A DNA stretch of 64,000 bases. Origin: Mobula hypostoma. Its lineage: Eukaryota. The notes under the pieces are model-generated. The model ran no database searches. It worked only from the letters and a program-made list of their open reading frames with translations, and had not been told where the DNA came from. How positions within the stretch are numbered: position 1 is the first letter of the stretch; every line of letters begins with the position of its first letter. The DNA lies in assembly GCF_963921235.1 (NCBI RefSeq), contig NC_086120.1, positions 8,742,001-8,806,000 of the forward strand. Direction: 5' to 3'. This document shows positions 36,971 through 50,232 of the stretch, in pieces. A program made the position numbers and the translations under genes.

Positions 36971-38668
36971 AGCACAGTAGCAAAAGTTTGGGAACCCCGG
37001 TCAAAATTTCTGTTCCTGTGAATAGCTAAGTGAGTAAAAGATGAACTGATTACAAAAAGGCATGAAGTTAAATATGACACATTACCTTAATATTTTAGGC
37101 AAGAAAACTTCTTTATTTTCATCTTTTACAGTTTCAAAGTAACAAAAAAGAAAAAGAACTGAAGCAAAAGTTTGGGCACCCTGCATAGTCAGTGTCTAGT
37201 AACACCTCCTTTGGCAAGTATCAGAGCTTGTAAACGCTTTTTGTAGCCAGCTAAGAGTCTTTCAATTCTTGTTTGGGGGATTTTCACCCATTCATCCGTG
37301 CAAAAGGCTTCCAGTTCTGTGAGATTCTTGGGCTGTCTTGCATGCACTTATCTTCTGAGGTCTATCCACAGATTCTCAATGATGTTTAGGTCGGGGGACT
37401 GTGAGGGCCATGGCTAAATCTTCAGCTTGCACCTCTTGAGGTAGTCCATTGTGGATTTTGAGGTGTGCTTGGGATCATTATCCTGTTGTAGAAGCCATCC
37501 TCTTTTCATCTTCAGCTTTTTTACCGATGGTGTAATGTTTGATTCCAGAATTTGCTGGTATTTAATTGAATTCATTCTTTCCTCTATCAGTAAATTTTCC
37601 CCGTGCCACTAGCTGCAAAACAAGCCCAAAGCATGATCAGTCCACGCCCATGCTTAACAGTTGGAGAGGCGTTCTTTTCATGAAATTCTACACCCTTTTA
37701 TCTCCAAACATACCTTTGCTCATTACGGCCAAAAAGTTCTATTCAAAACGTTCAAAGGAGCATCTAAACAAGCCTGATGCATTTTGGCAACAAGTCCTGT
37801 GGACTGATGAAGTTAAAATGGAACTTTTAACTTCAGCTTCTACAACAGGATAATTATCCTAAACATACCTCAAAATCCACAATGGACTACCTCAAGAGGT
37901 GCAAACTGAAGGTCTTGCCATGGCCCTCATAGTCCCCTGACCTAAACATCATCGAGAATCTGTGGATAGACATCAAAAAGCAGTCCATGCAAGGCAGCCC
38001 AAGAATTTCACAGAACTAGAAGCCTTTTGCAAGAAAGAATGAGAGAAAATCCCCTAAACAAGAATTGAAAGACTCTTAGCTGGCTACAGCAAGCATTTAC
38101 AAGCTGTCACATCAAAGTTGCTGGTGAACGCAGCAGGCCAGGCAGCATCTCTAGGAAGAGGTACAGTCGATGCTTCAGGCCGAGACCCTTCGTCAGGACT
38201 AACTGAAAGAAGAGCTAGTAAGAGATTTGAAAGTGGAAGGTGGAGGGGGAGATCCAAAGTGATAGGAGAAGACAGGAGGGGGAGGGATGGAGCCAAGAGC
38301 TGGACAGTTGATTGGCAAAAGGGATATGAGAGGATCGTGGGACAGGAGATCTGTGTGCTGCTTGAATTTCCAGCATCTGCAGAATTCCTGTTGTTTGCGT
38401 TTACAAGCTGTGATACTTATCAAAGGGGGTGTTACTAAGTACTGCCATACATGATGCCCAAACTTTTGCTTCGGGTCTTTTCCTTGTTTGTTATTTTGAA
38501 ACTGTAAAAGATGGAAATAAAAAAGTTTTCTTGTTAAAATATTAAAGAAATGTGTCATCTTTAACTTTAACTTTATGCCTTTTGGAAATCAGTTCACCTT
38601 TCACTCACTTAGCTATTCACAGTAACAGAAATTTTGACCAGGGGTGCCCAAACTTTTGCATGTCACTG
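36971..38668. mobile_element. Second palindromic Tc1 derivative, with an internal deletion and a Penelope insert
   Basis: Same arms as 13410-15036; spacer 37741-37820 is the reverse complement of the spacer in the first copy; right end ...TGTCACTG followed by TA. Confidence 0.85.
38108..38399. mobile_element. Short Penelope terminal-repeat insertion with an inverted end
   Basis: 12-bp TSD TTTACAAGCTGT (38096-38107 and 38400-38411); contains a mutated hammerhead motif on the minus strand at 38165-38200 (GAAG instead of GAAA). Confidence 0.85.
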
Positions 38669-38719
38669 TATTTATTTATTTAAATAAGCAGTGCAAAAAG
38701 AGAGGGAAAATATACTGCG

Positions 38720-39090
38720 GTGGTGATCATGGATTCATTGTCCATTCAGAAATCTGCTGGCAGAAGGGAAGAAGCAGTCCCTGAAACATTGAGTGTGTGT
38801 GTTCGGGCTCCTACACCTCCTCCTTGATAGTAGCAATGGGAAGAGGGTATGTACTGGTTGATGGGTCCTTAATGACACATACCATCTGTTTGAGTCATCA
38901 TCTTTTGAATGAAACTGCTCACTCTTTCCAATGCTGATCTCTCAATGAGGACTGGTGTGTGTTCCCTTGATTTCCCCATCCTAAAGTCCAGAATCAACTC
39001 CTTGGTCCTACTGACACTGAGTGCAAAGTTATTGTTGCAATACCTCTCCGTCAGCTTATCTACCTTGCTCCTGTACACCACCTCATCATG
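38720..39090 (-). mobile_element. Rex1/Babar RT fragment
   Basis: YRSKVDKLTERYCNNNFALSVSRTKELILDFR. Confidence 0.7.
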
Positions 39091-41654
39091 ATCTTTTCTT
39101 TTGTCACCATTAATCCATTAATATTTTCCAAGTTTGTCTCATGAAGAACTGCAAAAACGGCCAGTCTTGCATGTTATTGTCTTCAAATTTAAAGGGAATT
39201 TTGTTACAAATCAGAGAGTCACAGTTTACGGGTATTGGATCTGTCAGTGATTCTGATTCTGATCCTGATTGTGATGTGCTGATTACAGCCAAATTGTTGT
39301 TTTTATTTTTGCAACACCTGGGAAAGGTTTCACTGCTAACGTAATGGTCTCTCTACAGAAGCAGTGTTTGGGTTATGGTTAGAGATAACGGATGGTTTGG
39401 AATGTGAGCAGGGTCTTTTGTTTGGCGACAGATGAAGAGAGAAGGTGCTGGAGAGAACCAGTCAGAGGATAAGACCCAATGGGGAGATCATGATTCGATG
39501 GAGCCAGACAGCGAGATTGACTGAGGATCTGTGAATTAAGCTCCAACTGGTGCACATTTGACTGTTTAATTATAATGGGCCATTTTTGATTTTTCTTTCT
39601 TTTCTTTACAGAACCTTCAGTCAAGATTCATAAATATACTTACTTTAATCGTATGCAGTGTGCTGTCTGTTGTTTCTTGGGACTGAGTTGTAAAAGGGTT
39701 GCAAATTACACAGCATCCACACAAACCGGGGTTTGGAATGGGGGAGCCATCTCAATCTCATGGGTTTGGCAGGACCTGAGTGAGTCTTCCCCAGACTTAC
39801 GCAGCCAAGGAAACCAGCGGGGTTTCATTTGTGGGGATATCGTCCCGGATAGATTTTGTTGGATACTGTGTGATTGCCCTGAGCATTGATCCAGTGGGTT
39901 GTATGATTAAGTCTGTGCTATACTATTGCCCGGTAAAGTGATTAAGATACGTGGTTATGGACGCTGCAGGGGTTGAGTGGTGGTGTGAATCCACTGCGTT
40001 ACCGGTAACGAATGCGTGTGTATTCGGTGGGTTAGATATTTGTAGTCCCAACTAATTGTTAACTCGGATTTCAAGTACCATTAAAGCTTGAGGAACAATT
40101 ACAATCATGGAGTGGAGGTTTGACAAAATGGCAGACAAAGATTTTGTTTTCGTTCAAACTAGTGTTGATGTAACGGCAATAGAACTGCCTGGTATTATTG
40201 TGACCCCAGTAAGAGAACTCTGCAGTGACGTGAGTGAACTGAAGGCCCAGCAGCGGGAAGGATGAGACCGGACCCCACCCCTGAATATGATACGAACTCG
40301 GAGGATGAGAAAATGGGAGTGTGGTAGATGCTAACCTTCGCATACTCCCAATAATTGATGAAGAGATTCCCAAACCTTCTCACGTTGAGGCAAGTGAAAT
40401 AGGGGGAAACTAGTACTGGACAGGCAGATTTGTGGTTCAAAGATAATGGGAGGCTGGAGTCTAAGGCAACTGGGTATGAGGGTGAGCTCCGCAAAGTGAC
40501 GAGGGGTTCTGGTTTGTCGAGAGGCCCAAGGAATGGACAGCAAAAGCCTCTCCAGGAGGACATGAAAGAGCTCAATGAGTGTCTGAAGCTGAAGAAGATG
40601 ATGGGGTAAGGAGTTTCAAAGAGTCAGGAGATCCCCCAGACTGACTGGCGTATGTCACACCCAGGGAACAGAGTGTGGCACCCCGGTGAGCTATGAGTCA
40701 GCCTGACATTTACATCTGGGTTGGACTTCATGCTTTGTCTGAAGGGGTGACAAATTATCTCAATGTCATGAGAACTGGAATAATTTTGGTGGGGAGAGAG
40801 TACCTGGGAAAGGTTTCACTGCTAATGTAATGGTCTTTCTGTAGAAGCAGTGTTTCGGTTATGGTTAGAGACAGCGGATGCTTTGGAATATGAGCAGGGT
40901 CTTTCACTCGGCATGAGATGAAGAGAGAAGACGCTGGAGAGAACCAGTTGTAAGATATGACCCAATGGGGAGATCATGATTCGATGGAGCTGGGCGGCAA
41001 GATTGACAGAGGATCGATGAATTGAGCTCCAACTGTACACATTTGACTGTTTAATTATAATGAGCCCTTTTAGTTTTTTCTTGCTTTTCTTTACTGACAC
41101 TTCAGTTAAGATTCATAAATGTAATTCCTTTAATCGTACGCAGTGTGCTGTCTGTTGTTTCTTGGCACTGAATTGCAACAGGGCAGCAAGTTACACAGCA
41201 TCCACACAAACCGGCGATTGAGATTGGAGAGCTGTCTCAATCTGTCATGGTCCGGATCGGGGTCCCTTTAAATTTAGCTTGTTTATGTTACGGTCCGGAC
41301 CGTTGATTCCCTGTTTTCCCGTGTCCCTTGACTTTGGTGATTAGAGGCAATTAACACTCGGCTGAACCGGTAGTTTATAGTCTCCGGCTTTCAACTGTTC
41401 GTTGCGGGAGCGTCTGCAAAGTCATGGTGTGCCAATGTCATCTGGCCGGAGCAAGCTTTGTCTCCGCCCGAAGCGAGTGTCGGTAATTTGCCTTTCCTCA
41501 CTGCAGCAACCCTGTCCAGTTACCTCACCGAAGCGAACCTGCAAAGTTTCCTTATCAAGGTGGGTCCACCAGTTAACTCGCCGGAGGGAATCAAGAGCCG
41601 CTGTCTACTGTTTCCGGGCCGAGTCGAGAGCTCGGAACTACCCGGTGGTTCCAA

Positions 41655-41822
41655 ACACCACGTCCTGGCTCCGGCGGCATCCAAGTACCACGTCCACGTC
41701 CTGGCTCCAGTGGAATCCAAGTACCATGTCCATGTCCTGGCCCTGGCGGTGTTCAAGTACCATGTCCACATCCTGGCCCTGGTGGCGTCCAAATACCATG
41801 TCAAGTCCTGGCCCTGGTGGTC
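41655..41822. repeat. 36-bp minisatellite, about 4.5 units
   Basis: Unit CCACGTCCTGGCTCCGGCGGCATCCAAGTACCACGT with variants; translates as KYHVHVLAPxxS repeats. Confidence 0.85.
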
Positions 41823-42112
41823 TGTGATTCCTGTCCTATCCCCTTGTATGAATCCCTTCTCTGCACCTCTTGCCTCTAGCCCTTGGCTGCAGCCCCTGCC
41901 TGCACTTTGGTCCAGTTCCATCACCGGAGCTAGATAGGTACTGTCTGGTGTTCATTCGTGTTGGTCTTGTCTTGTCTTATCCTCGCATCTGTGGGGTAAG
42001 ACTGGCCGTCTTGCCATTGCCCCGCGGGGAGTCGTGTCTTATATTGTGTTGTCCTTGCCTCCGTGTTCAGACCGTCTTGCTGTTGCCCCGCGGATGGTCA
42101 TGAGTCCCAGCC

Positions 42113-43195
42113 CTAGACTAGTTCCTGAGGATTGGAGGGTGGCTAATGTAACCCCACTTTTTAAAAAAGGAGGGAGAGAGAAACTGGGGAATTACAGACT
42201 GGTTAGCCTGACATTGGTGGTGAGGAAAATGCCAGAGTCAGTTATCAAAGATGTGATAACAGCACATTTGGAAAGTGGTGAAATCATTGGACAAAGCATG
42301 GATTTGTGAAAGGAAAATCATGTCTGATGAATCTCATAGAATTTTTGAGGATGTAATGAGTAGAGTGGATAGGGGAGAACCAGTGGGTGTGGTATATTTG
42401 GATTTTCAAAAGGCTTTTGACAAGGTCCCACACAGGAGATTAGTGTGCAAACTTAAAGCACATGGTATTGGGGGTAAGGTATTGATGCGGATAGAGAATT
42501 GGTTGGCAGACAGGAAGCAAAGAGTGGGAATAAATGGGACCTTTTCAGAATGGCAGGCTGTGACTAGTGGGGTACTGCAAGGCTCAATGCTGGGACCCCA
42601 GTTGTTTACAATATATATTAATGACTTAGATGAGGGAATTAAATGCAGCATCTCCAAGTTTGCAGATGACACGAAGCTGGGCGGCAGTGTTAGCTGTGAG
42701 GAGGATGCTAAGAGGATGCAGGGTGACTTGGATAGGTTAGGTGAGTGGGCAAATTCATGGCAGATGCAATTTAATGTGGATACATGTGAGGTTATCCACT
42801 CTGGTGGCAAAAACAGGAAAACAGATTATTATCTGAATGGTGGCCGATTAGGAAAAGGGGAGGTACAGTGAGACCTGGGTGTCATTATACACCAGTCATT
42901 GAAAGTGGGCATGCAGGTACAGCAGGCGGTGAAAAAGGCGAATGGTATGCTGGCATTCATAGCAAGAGGATTCGAGAACAGGAGCAGGGAGGCCTTGGTG
43001 AGACCACACCTGAAGTATTGTGTGAAGTTTTGGTCCCCTAATCTGAGGAAAGACATCCTTGCCATAGAGGGAGTACAAAGAAGGTTCACCAGATTGATTC
43101 CTGTGATGGCAGGACTTTCATATGATTAAAGACTGGATTGACTAGGTTTATACTCGTTGGAATTTAGAAGATTCAGGGGGGATCTTATTGAAACA
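42113..43195 (+). mobile_element. Internal CR1-C RT fragment lacking the 3' tail
   Basis: Near-identical to 22566-24464 and 52266-54011; stops at GATCTTATTGAAAC. Confidence 0.85.
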
Positions 43196-43479
43196 CCCTT
43201 GGTCCCAGCCTGGTCGTAGTCCTCTGTCCTTGTCCAGTTCGCTACTCCTGCTCCTGCCTAGTTCTCCTGATATCAAACAATAAACTAAATTTAATTAACC
43301 TCACAAGATGTGTCTTGCATTTGGGTCCAGCCTTGCTCCCCATGCCCCTGCTACTGTGACACAATCTCACGGGTTTGGTGGGACCAGAGTGTGTCTTCCA
43401 TAGACTTGCGCAGCGAAGCAAACCAGCGGGGTTTCATTTTCTTTTTCTAGTTTCCTTACACTTGCTTTTATGTTTGTAT

Positions 43480-44830
43480 AATTTCAAGGACTCTGCAAAG
43501 AGTCAAGCTCCATAACGCAGCCGGGCCAGACAACATGCCAGGCTGAGTACTCAGGAAATGGACACACCTGATCACTGACTCCTCACAGACATCTTCAACT
43601 CTTCATTTATCCATGCTGTTGTCCCCACATGCTTCAGATCAGCCATCATCGTTCCTGTACCAAAGAACTCTACTCTTTCACACTGAACAATTAGCGCCCG
43701 GTGGCAATGACACCAGTTATCCTGAAGTGCTTTGCACAGCTGGTAATGGCACACATCAAAGGCTCCATTGCCGCCACGCTGGACACTCACCAGTATGTTT
43801 ACTGGTAGAACCGCTCTACAACAGATGCAGTAACATCTGTCATGCTCCTGGCCCTGGTACACCTAGAAAACAAGAAGACTTGTGTCTGAATGCTGTTTCT
43901 GGATTTCAGTTCCGCATTCAACACTATTATCCCACAGATATTAGTGAACAAACTCCTACTCATCAGTCTAAATGCACCACTATGCATCTGGGCATTGGAC
44001 TTCCCAAAAAACCGCCCTCAGATAGTCAGGATGCACAATCGCTCCTCCCTCTCCATTATCCTCAACACAGGTGCCCCCCCAACACCCCCCAGGGCTGTGT
44101 GCTGAGCCAACTGCTGTCGAGTCTGCTCACGTATCATCGAATGGCCAAATATCTAAGTAATCACATGGTCAGATTCACTGATGACACAACAGTGGTGAGG
44201 CTCATCACCAACAATGATAAGACAACCTGCAGAGAGAAAGTGGAAAAGTTTGAAGCCTGTGCCAGGCAAATAACTTCTTCCTCAAAGTTAACAAGACAAA
44301 GGAAATTGTTATTGTCTTCAGGAGAACTAACTCACACCAGTCACAAAACATTGACTGCACAGCAATGGAAACTTCGACCAGTTTCAAATTTCTGGGAGGG
44401 TACATTATGCATAACTTTACATGGCTCCCGATCCCACTGACACGATCAGGAAAGCTCACCAACATCTCTACTTCCTCAGGAGGTTGAGGGGAGCTGGACT
44501 ATGCACATCTTTAGTCATGCCCTTTTGCAGATGCACAGCAGAGAGTATCCTAACAAGATTAATCACTGTACGGTAAGGAAACTGCATGGTGGTAGTCAGG
44601 AAGTTCAATACAAGGGGTATGCCCAACACATCATTGGCACCTGCCTATGTGCCATCAAGGACATACATGCAGAAAGGTGCTGGTAAAGAGCCAGAAACAT
44701 CATGATGGATCCCACCAATCCTGCTCATTGACTGCTTGTCCCACTCCCATCAGGGAGGAAGTTGCGTAGCATCCATGCCAGGACCACTAGACACAAAAAC
44801 AGTTAAATCCCCAAACACTAAGGATGACCA
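43480..44830 (+). mobile_element. Degenerate Rex1/Babar LINE (RT and C-terminus)
   Basis: [55 protein letters not shown]. Confidence 0.8.
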
Positions 44831-47800
44831 ACACTCTACCCACTAACCCACACCTCCACCACCACTACTTTATCATTTCATGTCAGAGTCACCTTATGGG
44901 CATACACTCCTGTGGCTCGTGTCAGTTTATGAACACACAATCAATCTATGTATATAAGCAATGTTATGTATTTACATTTATTGTGTTTTTGTTTATTATT
45001 GTGTTCTTTTTCTTCTGGCTTTTTTGTGCCTCTTCCATGCTGAACATCTGATAAAAGAGTTGTAACCATGAATCTGGCAACTTTTTTTCACTCCCCTAGA
45101 ATCTTCTCGACAATATTATCCCCAGATCTAACCAGAGTTACAAAGGGAGTTGTACTACATTGGAGTTGGATGCTGTCATTTAATGTCAGAGACTGGACAG
45201 TACAGAAATATTAGATTATGAGGACACGCAGTCCTCTTTTATTGTCATTTAGCAATGCATTCATTAAAAAATGATACAATTTTCCTCCAGTGTGATATCA
45301 CAGAAACACAACACAGACCAAGAATGAAAAACTAACAAAAAACACATAATTATAACATATAGTTACAACAGTGCAAGCAATACCATAATTTGATAGAAGA
45401 ACATACCATGGGCATGGTAAAAAATGTCTCAAAGTCTCTCGAAAGTCCCAACATCTCATGCAGATGGTAGAAGGAAGAAAACTCTCCCTGCCATCAGCTT
45501 CCAGCCCAGCAAACTTGCCGATGCAGCATCTTGGAAGCACCCGACCACAGTCCAAATCTCAGTCTGTCTGAAAAATTCGAGCCTCCAACCAGCCCTCCAA
45601 CACCGAGCACCGAGCACCATCTCTGCCGAGCGCATCGACCCCAGCCCTGGACGTCAGCAGCAGGCAAATCCGAGGATTTGGGGTCTTCCCTTTGGAGATT
45701 CTGGATCGCACAGTAGCAGCGGCAGCGAACTAGGCATTTCAGAAGTTTCTCCGGATGCTCCTCAGTGTTTCTCACATCTGTCTCCATCAAATGAGGATTG
45801 TGCACGGCCCCTATTTAACAAATATGATATCATTTCACCGGAGAGGCCGCGCGCGCTGCGTAGTGCTGCCATCTTCTCCTCCCTCCACAGTGTGGAGTGA
45901 AGAAATTGGGAAATATCAGACAGTTATCAACCTTATTAACTGCACAAAAACAAGAAGGTTTTACTTGGGAGGTGCCAGCGCAAAATTCACTGTCTCATAC
46001 GCACAGATCATCATAAGAGACTGGATAATAGTGAAGCAGAATGGTTATATGAGAAAGTGAAGCCATTTGGCCTGTTCACCTCAGACCAGCTCGATATTAA
46101 AAACATTACATGCCCCAGCCCTCTATCCACAACCCTGCAGTTTCAGATATGTATATGGCTCTCTCTCAATATTACAATTGAATCTCCCTGCACAAACATC
46201 TGTGTGATAGAGATCGATCGAACTCAAGTGAACTCACATGTGGCCACACATCACACAAAACTCTTTTGCACTCAAAGCGTTTTGTAACATTCTCTCAAAG
46301 GTTAAACATTCAGAATACTCCCAAACACAGTACATTTGTAGAAATATTCTCAGGTCCAAGATGAGATATTTTTATCTACTATCTAGATATTTCCAAGAAA
46401 GGATAGTTTGTGACTTGGAAGTGAACTTACAGGTGGCATTTCCTGCTCATTCTGCTCTTGTGTACTTGGTAATACAGCTCAAAGAATTGGAAGGTGGTGT
46501 TTGAGTAACCAGGGGAAGTAACAACATGATATTTTACCAGGGGTGTATAGAATGAATGTTGATGTTTGTTTGTTTAAACTTATCACAATTCTGTTGCATA
46601 GGCCACAGACTAGAATCCTCTATCCTGGACCAGTCTTTCAAGTTGTCTCCAGATGAAGCCCATACATGAAGATCCCTCCTTTCCCAGGACACTTTTTATC
46701 CTCCATTACACTGCTACTTACCCATGTTCTCATTCCTTCCTACTCCAGTGAACCTTCCTCTGAGGATGCTGGTCAGAGCTCTGGTCCCACAGTCTGGTCT
46801 GAGCTGATGACAACCCCCACCCCACCCACACACACACAAGCTCACCCATGAACTGATCCCAATCACCCATGGATCTACAGCCACCCTCCTGCACTATTTC
46901 CTCAGGCTAACATTTATCTGCACCTTACTACACCCACACTAATCCCATTCAATTACATTTCTTTCCCTTCACATTCTATTCAATTTACGTCAGATTCTTC
47001 CACTCACCGACACTCCTGGACCAATTTATAGCAGCAAGTTCATCTACCAACCTGCACCCCTTTGACATGTGCAAGGAAACTGCAGCAGTCAAAGGAATAA
47101 AGCAGGGATACAGACCTGGTGGAAGCAGATAGCTTCAGTTGAACTTGGCATCATTATTGGCACATGGGCAAGGTGGCCTATTCCTTTGAGATATAGTTGG
47201 ATATTCTGCTCTTCAAATTAAGAACTATTCCTCTTTATGTTCCTCTGCCTGCACGATAAACCCACTTGTCTGGTCATGCCTCTGTCCTTAGAGGAAGACT
47301 ATCATCAATCACTACTCTGAATATCATACAGTTAGAGAGCAGGAAGTCCTCAAGGATCTGCTGACCCACCTGCCTGCACTTCAGTCTGCCTGGTGATCTG
47401 CCAGTCTCCCTGCTTCATGAACTCACATTAGCTACACGATGACCAGCTCCTGAAACCTGCTGCACAAGAAACATTCAGCCTTGTGGATGGATTGCTGTTG
47501 CTCAAGCTCCAAATCCCAGAGGATATGTTCTTCCAGCTGAAAACACCTCCTGTACCCATCATAGTGCAGAAAACAGGAAAACTCCTGAGGTCCCACATTG
47601 TCACAGTTATCCATTCCCATTGCTGTGAGATTCCCAGCCAGATCCTTTTTTATCAGACTGTCTCGATTAACAAGAAAAATCTACACTTGAAACACCAGCC
47701 TTATTACATACTTTGTAATGAGCTCTTCAGACTTGTCTGACAAGCCGGAAAGCGTTGGGCGCTGAGGTTTCAAAGAGCAGCTTGTTTGGTCAATTGTTGC

Positions 47801-48654
47801 TAATCATTTAAAAGTTACTTGTGTTTTTCTTTTTGAGCAACTTACTCTCTGTAATGCAGTCTCTGGGTGTTTAATGTCTAAACTTGCTAAGACTCAGGGA
47901 TTCCATCTTACTTGTAATATTTAAGGGGAGGCCCAATTAGCACTAGTTGTGGGGTTCTTGTTTTGAGAATATTACATCTCAAGGTGTTGCTCGGCCAAGC
48001 CACTGATGTTCTGTTGGAATTCTTATGAATAAACTCTGGTTGTCATCTCTTCATTGGACTCTTTTTCCTCCGCATCTGGGTTCCAACATTGCCAGCACAT
48101 ATTGTGGCGCAACACACACAAATTTCTGGAGGAACTCAGCAGGTCAGGCAGCATCTATATTCATAAAAATATTTGGAAGAATAACCCATGCTGCAATGCC
48201 TTGTCATTTTTTTAAAAAGTTGTTAAGTAGTGTTCAGTTAAATTCCTTCAAGCCAATAACACTGTTGCCACTTATGTGGTTTCCGAGGGTGGTTTACTTA
48301 GTGCAACAATTCTGAAGCTTTCTCACCAACCTGGTCTCTCACTTTCCCTTCGTGGCAGAAACCTTCACTGTTGTCCTACCCCACCAAGCCCTTACAAGTG
48401 GCTGCACCAAGCGTCCAGCTGACTGGGACATTGCGCGACAAAGGTCCATACTTGTCCTTCTCAACACCAGGGACAGAGAAAGCTTTGATAGTGGAACTTG
48501 GTGCCCATGTACTTAGAGTTTTCCACAGAGAGTCTAAAGCAACCACACATGAATGTAAACATCAGGAATTCTGCAGATGCTGGAAATTCAAGCAACACAT
48601 ATCAAAGTTGCTGGTGAACACAGCAGGCCAGGCAGCATCTCTAGGAAGAGATAC

Positions 48655-48690
48655 AGTCGACGTTTCAGGCCGAGACCCTTCGTCAGGACT
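48655..48690 (-). ncRNA. Minimal type I hammerhead ribozyme motif, consensus-like
   Basis: Minus strand AGTC-CTGACGA-AGGGTCTCGGCCT-GAAAC-GTC-GACT. Confidence 0.72.
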
Positions 48691-50196
48691 AACTGAAAGA
48701 AGAGCTAGCAAGTGATTTGAAAGTGGGAGGGGGAGCGGGAGATCCAAAATGATAGGAGAAGACAGGAGGGGGAGGGATGGAGCCAAGAGCTGGACAGGTG
48801 ATTGGCAAAGTGGATATGAAAGGATCATGGGACATGAGGCCCAAGGAGAAAGACAAGGGGTGGGGGGGAAACCTAGAGCATGGGCAAGGGGTATAGTGAG
48901 AGGGACAGAGGGAGTAAATGGAGAGTGAGAGAAAGAATGTGTATATAAAAATAAATAACGGATGGGGTACGAGGGGGGAGGTGGGGTACTAGCAGAAGTT
49001 AGAGAAGTCAGTGTTCATGCCATCAGGTTGGAGGCTACCCAGACGGAATATAAGGTGTTGTTCCTCCAACCTGAGTGTGGCTTCATCTTTACAGTAGAGG
49101 AGGCCGTGGATAGACATGTCAGAATGGAAATGGGATGTGGAATTAAAATGTGTGGCCACTGGGAGATCCTGCTTTCTCTGGCAGACAGAGGGTAGGTGTT
49201 CAGCAAAGCGGTCTCCCAGTCTGCATTGGGTCTCGCCAATATATAGAAAGCCACATTGAGAGCACCGGACGCAGTATATCACCCCAGCCGACTCACAGGT
49301 GAAGTGTCGCCTCACCTGGAATGACTGTCTGGGGACCTGAATGGTGGTAAGGGAGGAAGTGTAAGGGGATGTGTAGCACTTGTTCCGCTTACAAGGATAA
49401 GTACCAGGAGGGAGATCAGTGGGGAGGGTTGTGGGGGACGAATATATATCACCGCAGCCATTCGTCCCCCCCATCCCTCCTCACTGATCTCCCTCCTGGC
49501 CCTTATCCTTGTAAGCGGAACAAGTGCTACACATGCCCTTACACTTCCTCCCTTACCACCATTCAGGGACCCAGACAGTCCTTCCAGGTGAGGCGACACT
49601 TCACCTGAGAGTCGGCTGGGGTGATATACTGCATCCGGTGCTCCCAATGTGGCTTTCTATATATTGGCGAGACCCAATGCAGACTGGGAGACCATTTTGC
49701 TGAACACCTACACTCTGTCTGCCAGAGAAAGCACGATCTCCCAGTGGCCACACATTTAATTCCACATCCCTTTCCCATTCCGACATGTCTATCCATGGCC
49801 TCCTCTACTGTAAAGATGAATTCATACTCAGGTTGGAGGAACAACACCTTATATTCTGTCTGGGTAGCCTCCAACCTGATGGTATGAACATTGACTTCTC
49901 TAACTTCCGCTAATGCCCCACCTCCCCCTCGTACCCCATCCGTTATCATTCTTTCTCTCACTCTCCTTTTTCTCCCTTTGTCCCTCTGACTATACTCCTC
50001 ACCCATCCTCTGGGTTTCCCCCCCACCCCTTGTCTTTCTCCCTGGGCTTCCTGCCCCATGATCATCTCATATCCCCTTTGCCAATCACCTGTCCAGCTCT
50101 TGGCTCCATCCCTCCCCCTCCTGTCTTCTCTCTTATATTTTGGATCTCGCCCTCCCCGTTCCACTTTCAAATCTCTTACTAACTCTTCCTTCAGTT

Positions 50197-50232
50197 AGTC
50201 CTGACGAAGGGTCTCGGCCTGAAACGTTGGCT
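50197..50232 (+). ncRNA. Minimal type I hammerhead ribozyme motif, variant
   Basis: AGTC-CTGACGA-AGGGTCTCGGCCT-GAAAC-GTT-GGCT (GUU triplet, wobble in stem I). Confidence 0.62.

Larger units (their letters stand above)
41243..43361. mobile_element. Solo LTR of a second family, nested in the 3' LTR
   Basis: TGTCATG...GTGACA ends; 5-bp TSD CAATC (41238-41242 and 43362-43366). Confidence 0.8.
39310..43436 (+). mobile_element. Short non-autonomous LTR retroelement (5' LTR 39310-39827; 3' LTR about 40800-43436, split by a solo LTR)
   Basis: Direct repeats starting CCTGGGAAAGGTTTCACTGCTAA; TG..CA ends; TTTT flanks; PBS-like TGGGGATATCGTCCCGGAT at 39832-39850; purine tract GGTGGGGAGAGAG just before the 3' LTR. 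Confidence 0.78.

Noticed and set aside
45886-45952. CACAGTG heptamer followed by an ACAAAAACA nonamer-like sequence
   Set aside because: The spacer is about 51 bp, not 12 or 23, and there is no adjacent V or J coding end.
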